Below are positions 10,181 to 20,700 of a stretch of 64,000 nucleotides of DNA, in pieces; position 1 is the first letter of the stretch; each line of letters starts with the position of its first letter. The notes below the pieces were generated by a model. It saw only the letters and a list, made by a program, of their open reading frames with translations, did no database searches and was not told where the DNA came from. The position numbers and the translations under genes were made by a program. The DNA is from an uncultured Verrucomicrobiae bacterium (lineage in GTDB: Bacteria > Verrucomicrobiota > Verrucomicrobiia > Limisphaerales > Palsa-1400), in assembly GCA_963764165.1 (NCBI GenBank), contig CAVXRD010000002.1, positions 3,520,001 through 3,584,000 of the forward strand. The letters run 5' to 3'.

Positions 10181-10582
10181 TTGTCGTTAAGTATCATGTC
10201 AAACCGTTGGGCGGGCCTTCGCGCCAGACGCCATGCGCACCGACACATGGCGGCTTTGTAAAAAGTGGAGGCTTTGAGCATGGGCGAATGATACGAACAT
10301 CGGGCCAAATGCGCCATCCGACAAATGACGTATGCGGGGCGCCACCGGATTTCGAGGCGGCGGAAAACCAATGGTTGGGAGATCGAACGGAAAAATAAAA
10401 TCGAGATTTGTGTCAGATTTTGAAATTTCTCGCCGTATTGCGTCTTGAGAACGCCAGATAACCACAAAATCTAAAATACGATGAAAATAAAACACGGCAC
10501 AAAATCCTTTCTAACCCGAATCGGCTTATCCGCCAATAGTGTTTCCCCAGAAAAACAGCGCAAAAAACATCGAATCAAACAC

Positions 10583-12184
10583 ATGAATATCACCCTGAAA
10601 TCAAAATGCCTTTCGTTAGTGATGATTTTGCTGCTTGCGGCCGTGACACTGCAAGCCCAGCCAATCCAGTTTTCATACAGTGACAACGGCAACGGCACGG
10701 TCACAGTCACGGGAGCCTCCTACGCGACATATGTTTCGCACCCTTTCCCGGCTTTCACCATCCCAAGCTCGCACAACGGCAAGCCAGTGACGTGCATTGG
10801 CGACGACTTCTCGGGCGCCTGGAGTTTGTACTTTACCAGCATAACGATCCCCGAAAGCATTACTAACATCGGGGAGTATGCCTTCGAAGATGACTCTTAC
10901 CTGCGAAGCATCTACTTTGAGGGCAACGAGCCAGCGTATGGCCCGTTTTCATTCGAGACTCATTCCGGAGGCAAAACAACCGCTTATTACCTGGCGGCGG
11001 CTGCCGGGTGGACGAATGACGATTTTTTTCCCATACCGATCGAGCTTTGGACCCCGGAGACCGGCTCATTGGAAGTCACCCTTGAACCTGCTGGCGCGGT
11101 GGCGGATGGCGTGCAATGGCAAGTCGATGGCACGAACTACGACAGCGGAGCATCGATTCCGGGGCTGATTGCCGGATCACATGTCGTTTCGTTTGCCTCC
11201 GCGCCTGGCTGGACGGCGCCTGCCAGCAAAACGGTCACGATTAAGAAAAATTCAGTCAATAAGGTCAAAGCCACTTTCACACCATGGCCCAAGGGCACGG
11301 CGCCGTTGACGGTGCAAATAATCGGCGGCGGGGCCGTCAGTCCGAACGACAATGGGAAGCTGCTGAAGCTGGGCAAGGTTTACACGTTGAAAGCGGAATC
11401 GAACCGAGAATGGTTTTTTGCCGGATGGACGGGCGCCGCCGGCAGCGAGAGCTTTGCCTCCAATAACCTTGTTCTCCACTTCACCATGCAGAGCAACCTG
11501 GTATTGCAGGCCAATTTCATCGCCAACCCGTTTATAGATGTCGCCGGCCAGTATATTGGGCTTTTCCAATCCGATGAGACAAACACCTTGGAGAACTCAG
11601 GCTACATGACCGTAACCGTGAGTTTGGAAGGAGCGTTTTCCGGGTATTGGGAAACCGGCAATGCTCGGCATCCGCTATCTGGCCTCCTCGACTCGGATTT
11701 CGCATTTGCCACTAATTATGCTGTAAAGGGTGAAGATCCCGTCACCATTGAATTCGCCGCGCTCGGCAACAACACCATTGAGGGCGCCATCAGCAATAGC
11801 CAATGGAGTTCCGCCATCGAAATGGTCCAGACCGATCACACAGTTGCCACTTACAGCGGACACGGCACTTACCACATCGGTTTCACCAATGCGGCAGGCG
11901 AGGAGGTCGGCAAAGCTACCGGCGTTTTCGCCAATCGAGGCTCCGCAAGCCTTTCGGGAAAGTTGCCAAATAACACCTCATTCAGCGCAGGCTCTTTCTT
12001 CAGCCCCACCGCAGCATGGCCGTTCTACACTTCTCTTTACAATGGAAAGGGCTATTTGCTGGGCTGGATGGAGGTCGCGCCCGGTGACGGCGGCACTGAT
12101 TACTCGAAGTTCACAGCTGAGGGCTCCTTCGTGTGGCTGCAAAAGAATGGGACGGCCCAGCACCTCAACGCGGGTTCCCAATGA
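10583..12184 (+). CDS. Secreted protein with a BspA-type leucine-rich repeat and Ig-like/B-repeat domains
   Basis: Signal peptide from ATG 10583; SITIPESITNIGEYAF..LRSIYFEGN; B-repeat-like LTVQIIGGGAVSP..WFFAGWTG. Confidence 0.75.
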   Translation: MNITLKSKCLSLVMILLLAAVTLQAQPIQFSYSDNGNGTVTVTGASYATYVSHPFPAFTIPSSHNGKPVTCIGDDFSGAWSLYFTSITIPESITNIGEYAFEDDSYLRSIYFEGNEPAYGPFSFETHSGGKTTAYYLAAAAGWTNDDFFPIPIELWTPETGSLEVTLEPAGAVADGVQWQVDGTNYDSGASIPGLIAGSHVVSFASAPGWTAPASKTVTIKKNSVNKVKATFTPWPKGTAPLTVQIIGGGAVSPNDNGKLLKLGKVYTLKAESNREWFFAGWTGAAGSESFASNNLVLHFTMQSNLVLQANFIANPFIDVAGQYIGLFQSDETNTLENSGYMTVTVSLEGAFSGYWETGNARHPLSGLLDSDFAFATNYAVKGEDPVTIEFAALGNNTIEGAISNSQWSSAIEMVQTDHTVATYSGHGTYHIGFTNAAGEEVGKATGVFANRGSASLSGKLPNNTSFSAGSFFSPTAAWPFYTSLYNGKGYLLGWMEVAPGDGGTDYSKFTAEGSFVWLQKNGTAQHLNAGSQ

Positions 12185-12263
12185 AATCTTAAAGAGCTAA
12201 CGTTCGTTAATTAAGCGTCGAGCCTCTTGCGATACAAGCCTGCCGGTCAGTGACCGGAGGCTT

Positions 12264-12800
12264 TTACGGGCCGGTCGGTGTCGACGGAATTTGCAGGAAT
12301 TCGATGGCCCTCTGGAGGCTGGTCTTTTCCTCGGGATCGTCTGTGTCTGCCAATTCATTTTGCAGCGCGGGAATCGCTTCCAGACTGCCAAAGTCCACCG
12401 CCGCCCGCAATGCGGCCCGGCGAATGACTGGCTCGGGATTCTTTAGATCAATAAGGATGGAAGTGAGATCGCCGGGATTCCCGCTTCTCGACAATTCTTC
12501 CAGTATTCCAATGCGTTCGTCAAGGTAAGCAACGCTGTCGAACGTTTCGTGGATTTCGCCGTCGTCCTCGGGCTGGGAGGAAACTTCCGCACTTTCCGGG
12601 TCAACGGGTGCCATTGCGCTTTTTGCCATGAGGCGGGCCGGATGAGAGACCGCTGCAACCAACGCCGTGGCGCCGGCAGCCGCCGATGGAGTTTCGGCCT
12701 GCGCGGCCGGGCTTGGAGCGGCCGGACGGCGGATTGCAACAGCACCGCAGACAATCAGCCCAGCGGCAACCGCAACAGGCGCAATAACTCTCGTTCTCAT
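12264..12800 (-). CDS. Membrane-anchored HEAT-repeat protein
   Basis: N-terminal hydrophobic helix; LKNPEPVIRRAALRA..AIPALQNELAD. Confidence 0.7.
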   Translation of the reverse strand: MRTRVIAPVAVAAGLIVCGAVAIRRPAAPSPAAQAETPSAAAGATALVAAVSHPARLMAKSAMAPVDPESAEVSSQPEDDGEIHETFDSVAYLDERIGILEELSRSGNPGDLTSILIDLKNPEPVIRRAALRAAVDFGSLEAIPALQNELADTDDPEEKTSLQRAIEFLQIPSTPTGP

Positions 12801-12892
12801 TCTTCAACCCTAAATTTGCGAGGCGGGAAGACGATGGTTCGCGTCCCGCCCCGCACCAAGTTTCCTGCGGCAACTGCCGCTCCGCGAATCGG

Positions 12893-13567
12893 TCAATCCG
12901 TCACGCTGGAATGACTGGTGAGAAGCTGCCCGTTGACGAGCACCGGCGTGGCGTTCGTGCCCTCGGTTCCGTATCCGGTAAGATTCCAAAGGGCATCTCC
13001 CGCATCGACCGTGATCTTTGATTTGCCGTGGCCCTGGGTTTCATCTAGGACATTTCTGGTCGCATATCCACTTAATGTCAGGCTCCAGGCATTGGGAATG
13101 GCAATGGACAGGTTCCGAATGCGATATTCTGTGGCCGAGGCTGTTCCGTTCGTGGCGAAATGTCCGCTTTTGAGCACTGTGCTCGGCACAGACGTCGTGA
13201 TGTCGCTGTTGACGGGCGTGATAACCCGATTTGTGCCGCTGCCGGATACGACGACGAAAATGACCGGATTAGTCGCAGTGTCTGATTCGATAGTGTCGAG
13301 AGCCAAATAGGATCCCTTGGGAAATCCGTTGGTGGTCGGCGCAAGCGCGGGGTCTGTTCCCAAAGCCTTCACCAATTCAGATGTCCCCAATTTGGTCGTA
13401 ACGATGGTGTCGGTGACAGTCCCGCTCTTGCTCGTCTTGGAGGTGCCTTGGGATTTGACAACAAATTCAATGCTAACGGCGCGAAGATGATTGGTCGTCT
13501 GGGCTTTTGCCACGGTGGCCGCGGCTGACAACAGGGCGACCAGGGCGATTACTTTTAATGATTTCAT
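12893..13567 (-). CDS. Secreted hypothetical protein
   Basis: Signal peptide MKSLKVIALVALLSAAATVAKA; Thr-rich, beta-type sequence. Confidence 0.75.
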   Translation of the reverse strand: MKSLKVIALVALLSAAATVAKAQTTNHLRAVSIEFVVKSQGTSKTSKSGTVTDTIVTTKLGTSELVKALGTDPALAPTTNGFPKGSYLALDTIESDTATNPVIFVVVSGSGTNRVITPVNSDITTSVPSTVLKSGHFATNGTASATEYRIRNLSIAIPNAWSLTLSGYATRNVLDETQGHGKSKITVDAGDALWNLTGYGTEGTNATPVLVNGQLLTSHSSVTD

Positions 13568-13810
13568 GTTTTACCTTGATGTGTTTCTTTTGACTGACTT
13601 GACTCCTTGCATTGCGATGCGCACAGCGAATGCTGTGCGCAATTCAATGTTCTCGGTCTCACGGTATCTTATACTCCACCTAGAAGGTGCTGTTCAAGAG
13701 GAGTCGGTGCTATTTGGCCATGATTCGGCCATCAGGGAAACTTCCGCAACCCCGCCGTGCGAGACAGTACGAACGCGTTTGGAAAAGATCGCGCCGCACG
13801 AAACACAGCA

Positions 13811-14191
13811 TCACGTGATGCCGGCGACTTTAAACCCTTCTTCCTCAAGCAGGGAGCGGATTCGGGCCACATGATTGCCTTGAACTTCGACCTTGCGCTC
13901 GCGGGTTGTTCCCCCGCAGCCGCAGGCATTGCGGAGCTTCCGGCCCAATTCCTCAATTTTAGAAAGCGGTATCGACGTCGCAAAATCGTCAATAACAATG
14001 ACGATTTTCCCGCCGCGATGGGCCGTCTCGCGCCGCAGCACCACGCGGCCCATTTTTGGTTTGCGGGTGGGAGGCCGCTCAGCAGCGGAAGAGTCCTCGC
14101 CCGGCGGCAATCCCTCGGATTGAAGGCTCGCGAACGGATTATTAAGCGCAGGCTGATTGTCCGAGATTAAAGGCAGTTTGTTCTTTTTCAT
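13811..14191 (-). CDS. yciH: SUI1-family translation initiation factor
   Basis: RRETAHRGGK..LRNACGCGGT..VEVQG. Confidence 0.88.
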   Translation of the reverse strand: MKKNKLPLISDNQPALNNPFASLQSEGLPPGEDSSAAERPPTRKPKMGRVVLRRETAHRGGKIVIVIDDFATSIPLSKIEELGRKLRNACGCGGTTRERKVEVQGNHVARIRSLLEEEGFKVAGIT

Positions 14192-14262
14192 GGGCGGCCG
14201 AGGGAGGCTCGACTTATTTGGATTATATCATTTGCGCCCATTGATGGCAACGCCCTTCGCCG

Positions 14263-15855
14263 TCAATTCCCGATTCGCCGTTTTAGAATTTCCAATGTCA
14301 TCGCATCGCGGTCAATTGAGGTCTTTGAGGCCTCGCGCCACATATATTCTGTCCTGCTGCCGCCCGCCATAATCACAAACCCCACGCGCTCGTAAGATTT
14401 TCCCGCGTAATCGGCGGCGAATTTCGATAATTCCAGTTTTGTATCGCGGGTGGCGCGCCAGGATGTGGGAACATTGACCATGATCATGAACAGCGGCTTG
14501 GCTCGTTCGATTTCGCGCTGCATGTCGGATTGCATCGTCTCGGCGTAGGGGCCGGAGGAGGCCAGGTCATACATATAAATGTAGCCCGTGGCGGAATGGC
14601 GGCGGGCATAGAAGAATATCTCCGGCTCGGAACCAAAGACAGCGATGGTGTCGCCCGGCGCGGAATGTTCGCGAATGTAACGGCCTGCCTCGACGGCTTC
14701 CGGGAACGGCTCCCGCTGGTAAAGCGTTCGCACAACTTCCAGCGGCGTCCGCGCAAACCATGTCGCGCCGTTGGCAAATAAAAATGCCGCACAGCCCGCA
14801 ACGAACAACGCTCCGGCCGCGGGCCAATTCAATCGGCTCGCCATGCCGCCAAAGGCGACCGCCACCAAAATCGACGCCGCCGGAATCAGCACGATGAAGT
14901 AGTGAGGAAACAAATAAAAGCTCACCAGCAAGGCGCACAGCGACAATCCCACCAGGCAAACCACCGGGAATTTCGTCTCCGCTCGCGATCTTCCCGCCAG
15001 CAAAATCGCGAGCCCAACCAACGCCACCAACCCCCACCCTTCCAGCGCAAAACCACGCCGCGACATTTCACTGAGTTGCCACGAAATTTGATCTTCCGAC
15101 AAATCCTTCCCATGCACCGGTGCAAATTGCATCGTCCAAAACCAGAATCGCTGAAACGTTCCCGCGCGCCACATCCACAAGCACGTCAACAGGAACGGCG
15201 CGGCCACGCCAGCGCAATATGAAATCAATCCACGCCCTTTCGCTCTGCGCTCCAGACGGGGCGTCTGGATAAGTTCACTCAGCAAAACCGCCCCGCCGAA
15301 CATTGCAAAAAAAATTCCCGGCTGCTTGCACAAGAACGACCATCCGAACAGAAAACCGCTCAAGGCATACCACGGGCCTCCACGAGAATCCTGCGCCTTG
15401 AGAAGCACCCACCACCCCCCCAGCATTGTCAGCACGACAAGATGCGTCGCGTGCCCCTGCAATCCGAGAACCGCCGGGCTCAGTGAAAACAACGCAAAAC
15501 AAACCGCCGCCACCGAAGCATGCGCCGTGTCTAACAACCGGCGCGTGATAAAAAAAAGAAATGTGATTGACGCAAGATTCGTCAGCAGAAACCCAAAATG
15601 AATCGCTTCGGTCGTCTGCCCGAACATTCCCATCATCGCCGCGTAGGCCACATACGTCCCCGGCAGTTTGATGTTGTATTCGAGTTTGTAGGGAGGAACG
15701 CCGTCCAGCATCAACTGTCCCGCGTAGGCGAATTCGCCCTCGTCGCGCTCCAATGGAATGCCGAGCAACCGCAGCCGCACGCCGATCACCAGCAGGGCCG
15801 CCAGGCCAAGCGCCAAAACGGCCCAGGCGCTGACGCGGTATTTGCCAATCTGCAC
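14263..15855 (-). CDS. GT-C membrane glycosyltransferase (PMT_2/ArnT-like)
   Basis: First-loop PLERDEGEFAY, KLPG, CKQPG, many transmembrane segments, FPHYF; GTG start inferred. Confidence 0.8.
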   Translation of the reverse strand: MQIGKYRVSAWAVLALGLAALLVIGVRLRLLGIPLERDEGEFAYAGQLMLDGVPPYKLEYNIKLPGTYVAYAAMMGMFGQTTEAIHFGFLLTNLASITFLFFITRRLLDTAHASVAAVCFALFSLSPAVLGLQGHATHLVVLTMLGGWWVLLKAQDSRGGPWYALSGFLFGWSFLCKQPGIFFAMFGGAVLLSELIQTPRLERRAKGRGLISYCAGVAAPFLLTCLWMWRAGTFQRFWFWTMQFAPVHGKDLSEDQISWQLSEMSRRGFALEGWGLVALVGLAILLAGRSRAETKFPVVCLVGLSLCALLVSFYLFPHYFIVLIPAASILVAVAFGGMASRLNWPAAGALFVAGCAAFLFANGATWFARTPLEVVRTLYQREPFPEAVEAGRYIREHSAPGDTIAVFGSEPEIFFYARRHSATGYIYMYDLASSGPYAETMQSDMQREIERAKPLFMIMVNVPTSWRATRDTKLELSKFAADYAGKSYERVGFVIMAGGSRTEYMWREASKTSIDRDAMTLEILKRRIGN

Positions 15856-16059
15856 AGCACGATTGTTCACTTTCCAATCGGCGTTGCAATGGCATTCGGA
15901 ACGGGCTTGCGATCTGCGCCCAATCGCAATCGGCCAGCCGCAAATATGCAATTGTATGGATTCCCGTTTTCGGCCAATTTCAAGGAATTATGGGCCGGTT
16001 CAAAAGATCGAATGCTCATCAACGCCCCGGCAAACGAACGGAGCCGGCATAACTTCGAA

Positions 16060-16992
16060 ATGAGCTCTCACGACGACAAAACGAAGCGAGAATCGGATTC
16101 CAGCCCGAAGCGCCAGCGTCCTTTGGCGGCGAGGCGCGTTCTTGCTTGCGCGGTGCTGGCATGTTGCGTTGGAGGCGCAGCGTTTCTTATCTGGCCGACG
16201 CCAGAGCCTGAATTCAATGGCCACACTTATTCCTATTGGCTGGATATTTATTGTGACACACCGGCGCCAATCGGCGAATCGACGGGGAAAACGCGGGCGG
16301 AAGCGGAATCAGCGCTCAAGGCCATCGGCACCAATGCCATGCCGATCTTGGTGAATCTGTTGCGCGAAAGCGAAATATCGCCCTTGCGCTTGGTGCGGCT
16401 TAGAATCATCAACCGCTTTAGAATGATGACGCACCAGGCCCCAATCCAACCATCATTGCTGCAGTGGAAGGCTGCCGAGGGACTCCTTCTTCTTGGCACG
16501 AAGGCGGCGCCTGCGGTTCCCGAGTTGGCATCGGCGCTTATGAGCCGCCCCACGTTCCCGTTCGGAATCCTTCGCGTCCTCAGGAACATCGGGCCTTCCG
16601 CCAGCAACGCGACGCCGGCTGTGGCTGCGTATTTACGGAACACAAATTCCACCGATCTGCGCGAGGGCATCCTCACTCTTTCCACGATTTGTCTCGACCC
16701 CGAAATCGCAGTTCCCAATTTGCATCCGCTTTTGACTAATTCATACACTCCTGTGCGGGAGGAAGCCTGGAACGCGCTGTTGCACTGCGCAGCCAGCGAC
16801 CGCGAAGCTGCAATGCGCGCGGCGTGGGATTTGTTCCATGATCAGGCAGTCGTGCCAGGACATTCCTATGAAGATGGGCGCCCGCTCACCGTTTCCAATC
16901 TGGCAGGGATTATTATTATGGAAATGGAGACCTTCAGCTTTGCTGAATCGTCAACCAACCAGAACCCGGGACGTCCCCACCCTTTTCCTTGA
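16060..16992 (+). CDS. Membrane-anchored HEAT-repeat protein
   Basis: Transmembrane helix then PEPEFNGHTYSYWL, IGTNAMPILV, AAPAVPEL, AVPNL repeats; ATG 16060 inferred. Confidence 0.7.
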   Translation: MSSHDDKTKRESDSSPKRQRPLAARRVLACAVLACCVGGAAFLIWPTPEPEFNGHTYSYWLDIYCDTPAPIGESTGKTRAEAESALKAIGTNAMPILVNLLRESEISPLRLVRLRIINRFRMMTHQAPIQPSLLQWKAAEGLLLLGTKAAPAVPELASALMSRPTFPFGILRVLRNIGPSASNATPAVAAYLRNTNSTDLREGILTLSTICLDPEIAVPNLHPLLTNSYTPVREEAWNALLHCAASDREAAMRAAWDLFHDQAVVPGHSYEDGRPLTVSNLAGIIIMEMETFSFAESSTNQNPGRPHPFP

Positions 16993-17023
16993 AGTCTTGC
17001 CTGTTCGCATTACAGTTGGATAA

Positions 17024-17608
17024 ATGATCGGTCGCAAAATATTGGCGGCGGTGGTGCTGGTGTCTGGAATGGCTGCTTGCAATGCCCAGACGCCCCCTGC
17101 GCCCGCCTCGCAAAATTCCAACTCCAATCAAGTCGCTATGGTTCAAGTTCGCTTACTCGATGACAATGGCCTTCCCGGGCCGGTGATTTCCAGCCCCAAA
17201 GTCGTCAAAACCGACGCCGAATGGGCCAAACAGTTGACTCCAGAGCAATACAAAATTACCCGAGCCAAGGGAACCGAACCGGCGTTTTGCGGCGCGTTTT
17301 TTGATCAGCACAAGCCGGGCATTTATTATTGCATTTGCTGCGATCTGCCGCTGTTCACTTCCGAGGCGAAATTTGATTCCGGCACCGGCTGGCCCAGCTT
17401 CTTCCAGCCTGTGGCCAAGGAAAATGTCGTCACCAAGCCCGACCACAGCTACGGCATCCGGACGGAGATTCTTTGCGCCCGCTGCGATGCGCATCTTGGC
17501 CATGTGTTCGAAGACGGCCCGCGCCCGACCGGATTGCGCTTCTGCCTCAATTCCGCCTCGCTGACCTTCAAGGAAAACCACAAGCTGAAGGACGCCACGG
17601 CGCATTAA
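17024..17608 (+). CDS. msrB: Peptide-methionine (R)-S-oxide reductase, exported
   Basis: [45 protein letters not shown]-terminal signal or lipoprotein peptide. Confidence 0.95.
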   Translation: MIGRKILAAVVLVSGMAACNAQTPPAPASQNSNSNQVAMVQVRLLDDNGLPGPVISSPKVVKTDAEWAKQLTPEQYKITRAKGTEPAFCGAFFDQHKPGIYYCICCDLPLFTSEAKFDSGTGWPSFFQPVAKENVVTKPDHSYGIRTEILCARCDAHLGHVFEDGPRPTGLRFCLNSASLTFKENHKLKDATAH

Positions 17609-17683
17609 GGGCCGCCTTGGCTGTCGAGCAGCATTCCCTCGGCGGATTCGCCCAAAGGCGTATCCGAATATTGATCGTTTGAT

Positions 17684-17711
17684 TTGACAGCACCTGCGCC
17701 ATTGCTATAGT
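17684..17711 (+). promoter_or_regulatory. Sigma70-like promoter
   Basis: TTGACA-N16-TATAGT with an extended -10 TG, 24 nt upstream of ATG 17735. Confidence 0.6.
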
Positions 17712-17734
17712 TGGCCGGTTCAATCGAACCGCCC

Positions 17735-20700
17735 ATGAATCAACTCAAACGCTGTTTTTCCGCGTTGCTCTTGCTGGCCTTCGCGCTTCCGCTGCGCGCC
17801 CAGCCCATCCTCATCCAGCCGGGCATAAATCAGGGTTTTGGCGGCAACAGCTTCACAGCCCTGCGCGTCGGCAAACAGACCGCCGACGGCACAGAGACTG
17901 TCATTACTGTCGAATATAACTACGATGGAATCACCGGCCCCACGGCCAGGATCCTGCCCATCATGGTGGATACGAAACAGCCGAAGGTGTCGAGCTGGTT
18001 CGGAACCGATCCCGTGATCATCTCGCAAGGGCATGGAACGATCTCTTTCCGCGTCAAGTACTTTAATGACGATCCCGGCGTGCCTCCCGAGGCCACAACT
18101 GATCACATACGCCTTCTGATGATGACAGATCCGGGCAACTCGCGCGTCGGCCAGGGATTGTTTGCCAAGAAAATCAAATGGGGCAGTGACAAAACTCCCG
18201 CCGCGAAAGCTGCGGCGCCGCCGTCTCAACCCCTCGTCGTCGAAACCCCTCAAAACACGGCCAGCGACAAAGCCCGCGAAGAAGCCGAAGCGCAAGCCCG
18301 CGAACAGGCGCGACTCAAGGCGGAGGCGGAGGCCCAGGCCAAGCGCGAGGCGGAAGCCAAAGCCAAAGAGGAAGCCCGCCTCCGTGCCGAAGCCCAGGAA
18401 AAAGCCCGCCTGGAAGCGGAAGCCCTAAGACTGGCCGAAGCCCAAGCCAAAGCCGAGGCCGAAATGAAAGCCCGCGAAGAAGCCCGCCTCAAAGCCTTGG
18501 CGGAAGAGAAAGCGCAGCAGGAAGCGGAAGCCAAACGGATTGCCGAACAAAAAGCCAAGGCGGAAGCCGAGGCCAGGCGGCTGGCGGATGAAAAAGCACA
18601 AGCCGATGCGGAAGCCAAGGCGCGTGAAGCAGCCCGCGTTAAAGCTGAAGCGGAGGAGAAAGCGCGCGAGGAAGCCGAGGCCAAACGCCTCGCCGCCGAG
18701 CAAGCCCGCATCGAGGCGGAAGCCAAAGCCCGTGAGGAAGCCCGGTTGAAAGCCGAGGCCATCGAACAAGCCCGCCAGCAAGCCGAAGCAAAACGAATTG
18801 CCGAACAGAAAGCCCAGGAAGAAGCGGAAGCCAAATCCCGCGAGGAAGCGAGACTGAAGGCCGAGGCCGAAGCCAAGGCACAAGAACAAGCGCGCCTCAA
18901 AGCAGAAGCAGATGCCAAAGCCCGCGAGGAGGCGCGTCTCAAGGCCGAAGCCGAGGAACGGGCCCGCCAGCAAGCGCTCGCCCAAAAATTAGCCGACGAA
19001 AAAGCCAAAGCGGAAGCCGAGGCCAAAGCCCGGGAGGAAATCCGCCTCAAAGCCGAGGCTGACGCAAAAGCCCGCGAACAAGCCCGTCTCAAGGCCGAAG
19101 CGGAGGAAAAGGCGCGCGCGGAAGCCGAGGCCAAGCGCCTGGCCGCCGAAAAAGCCAAAGCCGAAGCCGACGCAAAAGCGCGCGAGGAAGCGCGCCTGAA
19201 AGCAGTGGCGGAAGAAAAGGCGCGCGAAGAAGCCCGCCTCAAAGCCGAAGCCGAAGCCAAAGCCCAGGAAGAAGCCCGCCTCAAAGCCGAGGCGGAAGAA
19301 AAAGCCCGCTCCGAAGCGGAAGCCAAGCGCCTCGCGGCCGAAAAAGCCAAGGCGGAAGCGGAAGCCAAAGCCCGCGAAGCAGCCCGGCTGAAAGCCGAAG
19401 CTGAAGAGAAAGCGCGCGAGGAAGCGGAGGCCAGGCGTGTCGCCGACGAAAAAGCCAAAGCCGAAGAAAAGGCCCGCCAGGAAGCCGTCGCAAAAGTTCT
19501 GGCCGAACAAAAGGCAAAAGCGGAAGCCGAAGCCAAAGCTCGCGAAGAGGAGCGCCTCAAGGCAGAGGCGGCCGAAAAAGCCCGCGCTGAGGCAGAGGCA
19601 AAACGCCTCGCCGACGCCAAAGCCAAAGCCGACGCAGAAGCCAAGCTGCGCGAGGAGGCCCGCCTCAAAGCCGAAGCCGACGCCAAAGCGCGCGAAGAAG
19701 CTCGATTGAAGGCGGAAGCGGATGCCGCCGCCCGCGAACAAGCCCGGCTCAAGGCCGAAGCTGAAGAAAAAGCCCGTCAAGAAGAAGTCGCCAAACGCCT
19801 CGCCGCGGAAAAGGCGAAAGCCGAAGCCGACGCCAAGGCCCGCGAAGAAGCCCGCCTCAAAGCGGAAGCGGAAGCCAAGGCGCGTGAAGAGGCTCGTTTG
19901 AAAGCTGAAGCCGAGGAGAAGGCCCGTGTTGAGGCCGAAACCAAACGCCTCGCGGCGGAAAAAGCCAGGGCCGAAGCCGAAGCCAAAGCACGCGAGGAAG
20001 CACGTCTCAAAGCCGAAGCCGAGGCGAAGGCCCGCGAAGAAGCGCGGCTGAAGGCTGAGGCTGAAAAGCGCGCCCGCGAAGAAGCCGAAGCCAAACGCCT
20101 TGCCGGCGAAAAAGCAAAAGCCGATGCGGATGCGAAAGCCCGCGAGGAAGCCCGCCTTAAAGCAATCGCCGAGGAGAAGGCGCGCCAGGAAGCGCAGGCC
20201 AGAAAACTAGCCGAGGAAAAAGCCAAGGCGGAGGCCGAAGCCAAACTCCGCGAAGAGGCCCGTCTCAAGGCGGCAGCGGAAGAAAAGGCACGTCAAGAAG
20301 AAGCCGCAAAGCGCCTTGCCGCCCAGCAAGCCGAGGCCAAACGCCTCGCCGACGAGCAAGCGCGCCTGGAAGCCGAAGCGAAGGCCCGCGCCGAAGCCCG
20401 CGCAAAAACGGAGGCGGAGGAAAAAGCCCGCGCCGAGGCCGAGGCCACGCGGATTGCCGAGCAAAAGGCCAAGGCCGAGGCGGAAGCAAAACGCCTGGCG
20501 GAAGAAAAAGCAAAGGCGGAAGCAGAAGCCCGGCGCGCCGCTGGCGAAAAGGCCAAGGCCGAAGCCGAAGCTGCGCGCCTGGCCGAGGAAAAAGCAAAGG
20601 CGGAAGCCGCCGCCAAGAAATTGGCGGAAGAAAAAGCAAAAGCCGCCGCCCCCGCCCCTGCCGCGGCGGCTTCGGCCAAGGCCTTCGCCCTTGCGCCGAA

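Noticed and set aside
17024..17608. Selenocysteine-type MsrB
   Set aside because: The catalytic codon is TGC (RFCLNS) and there is no in-frame TGA
18265..20645. Possible CRISPR-like or DNA-level repeat array
   Set aside because: The repeats are codon-degenerate, protein-level and have no unique spacers; no cas genes seen in the window
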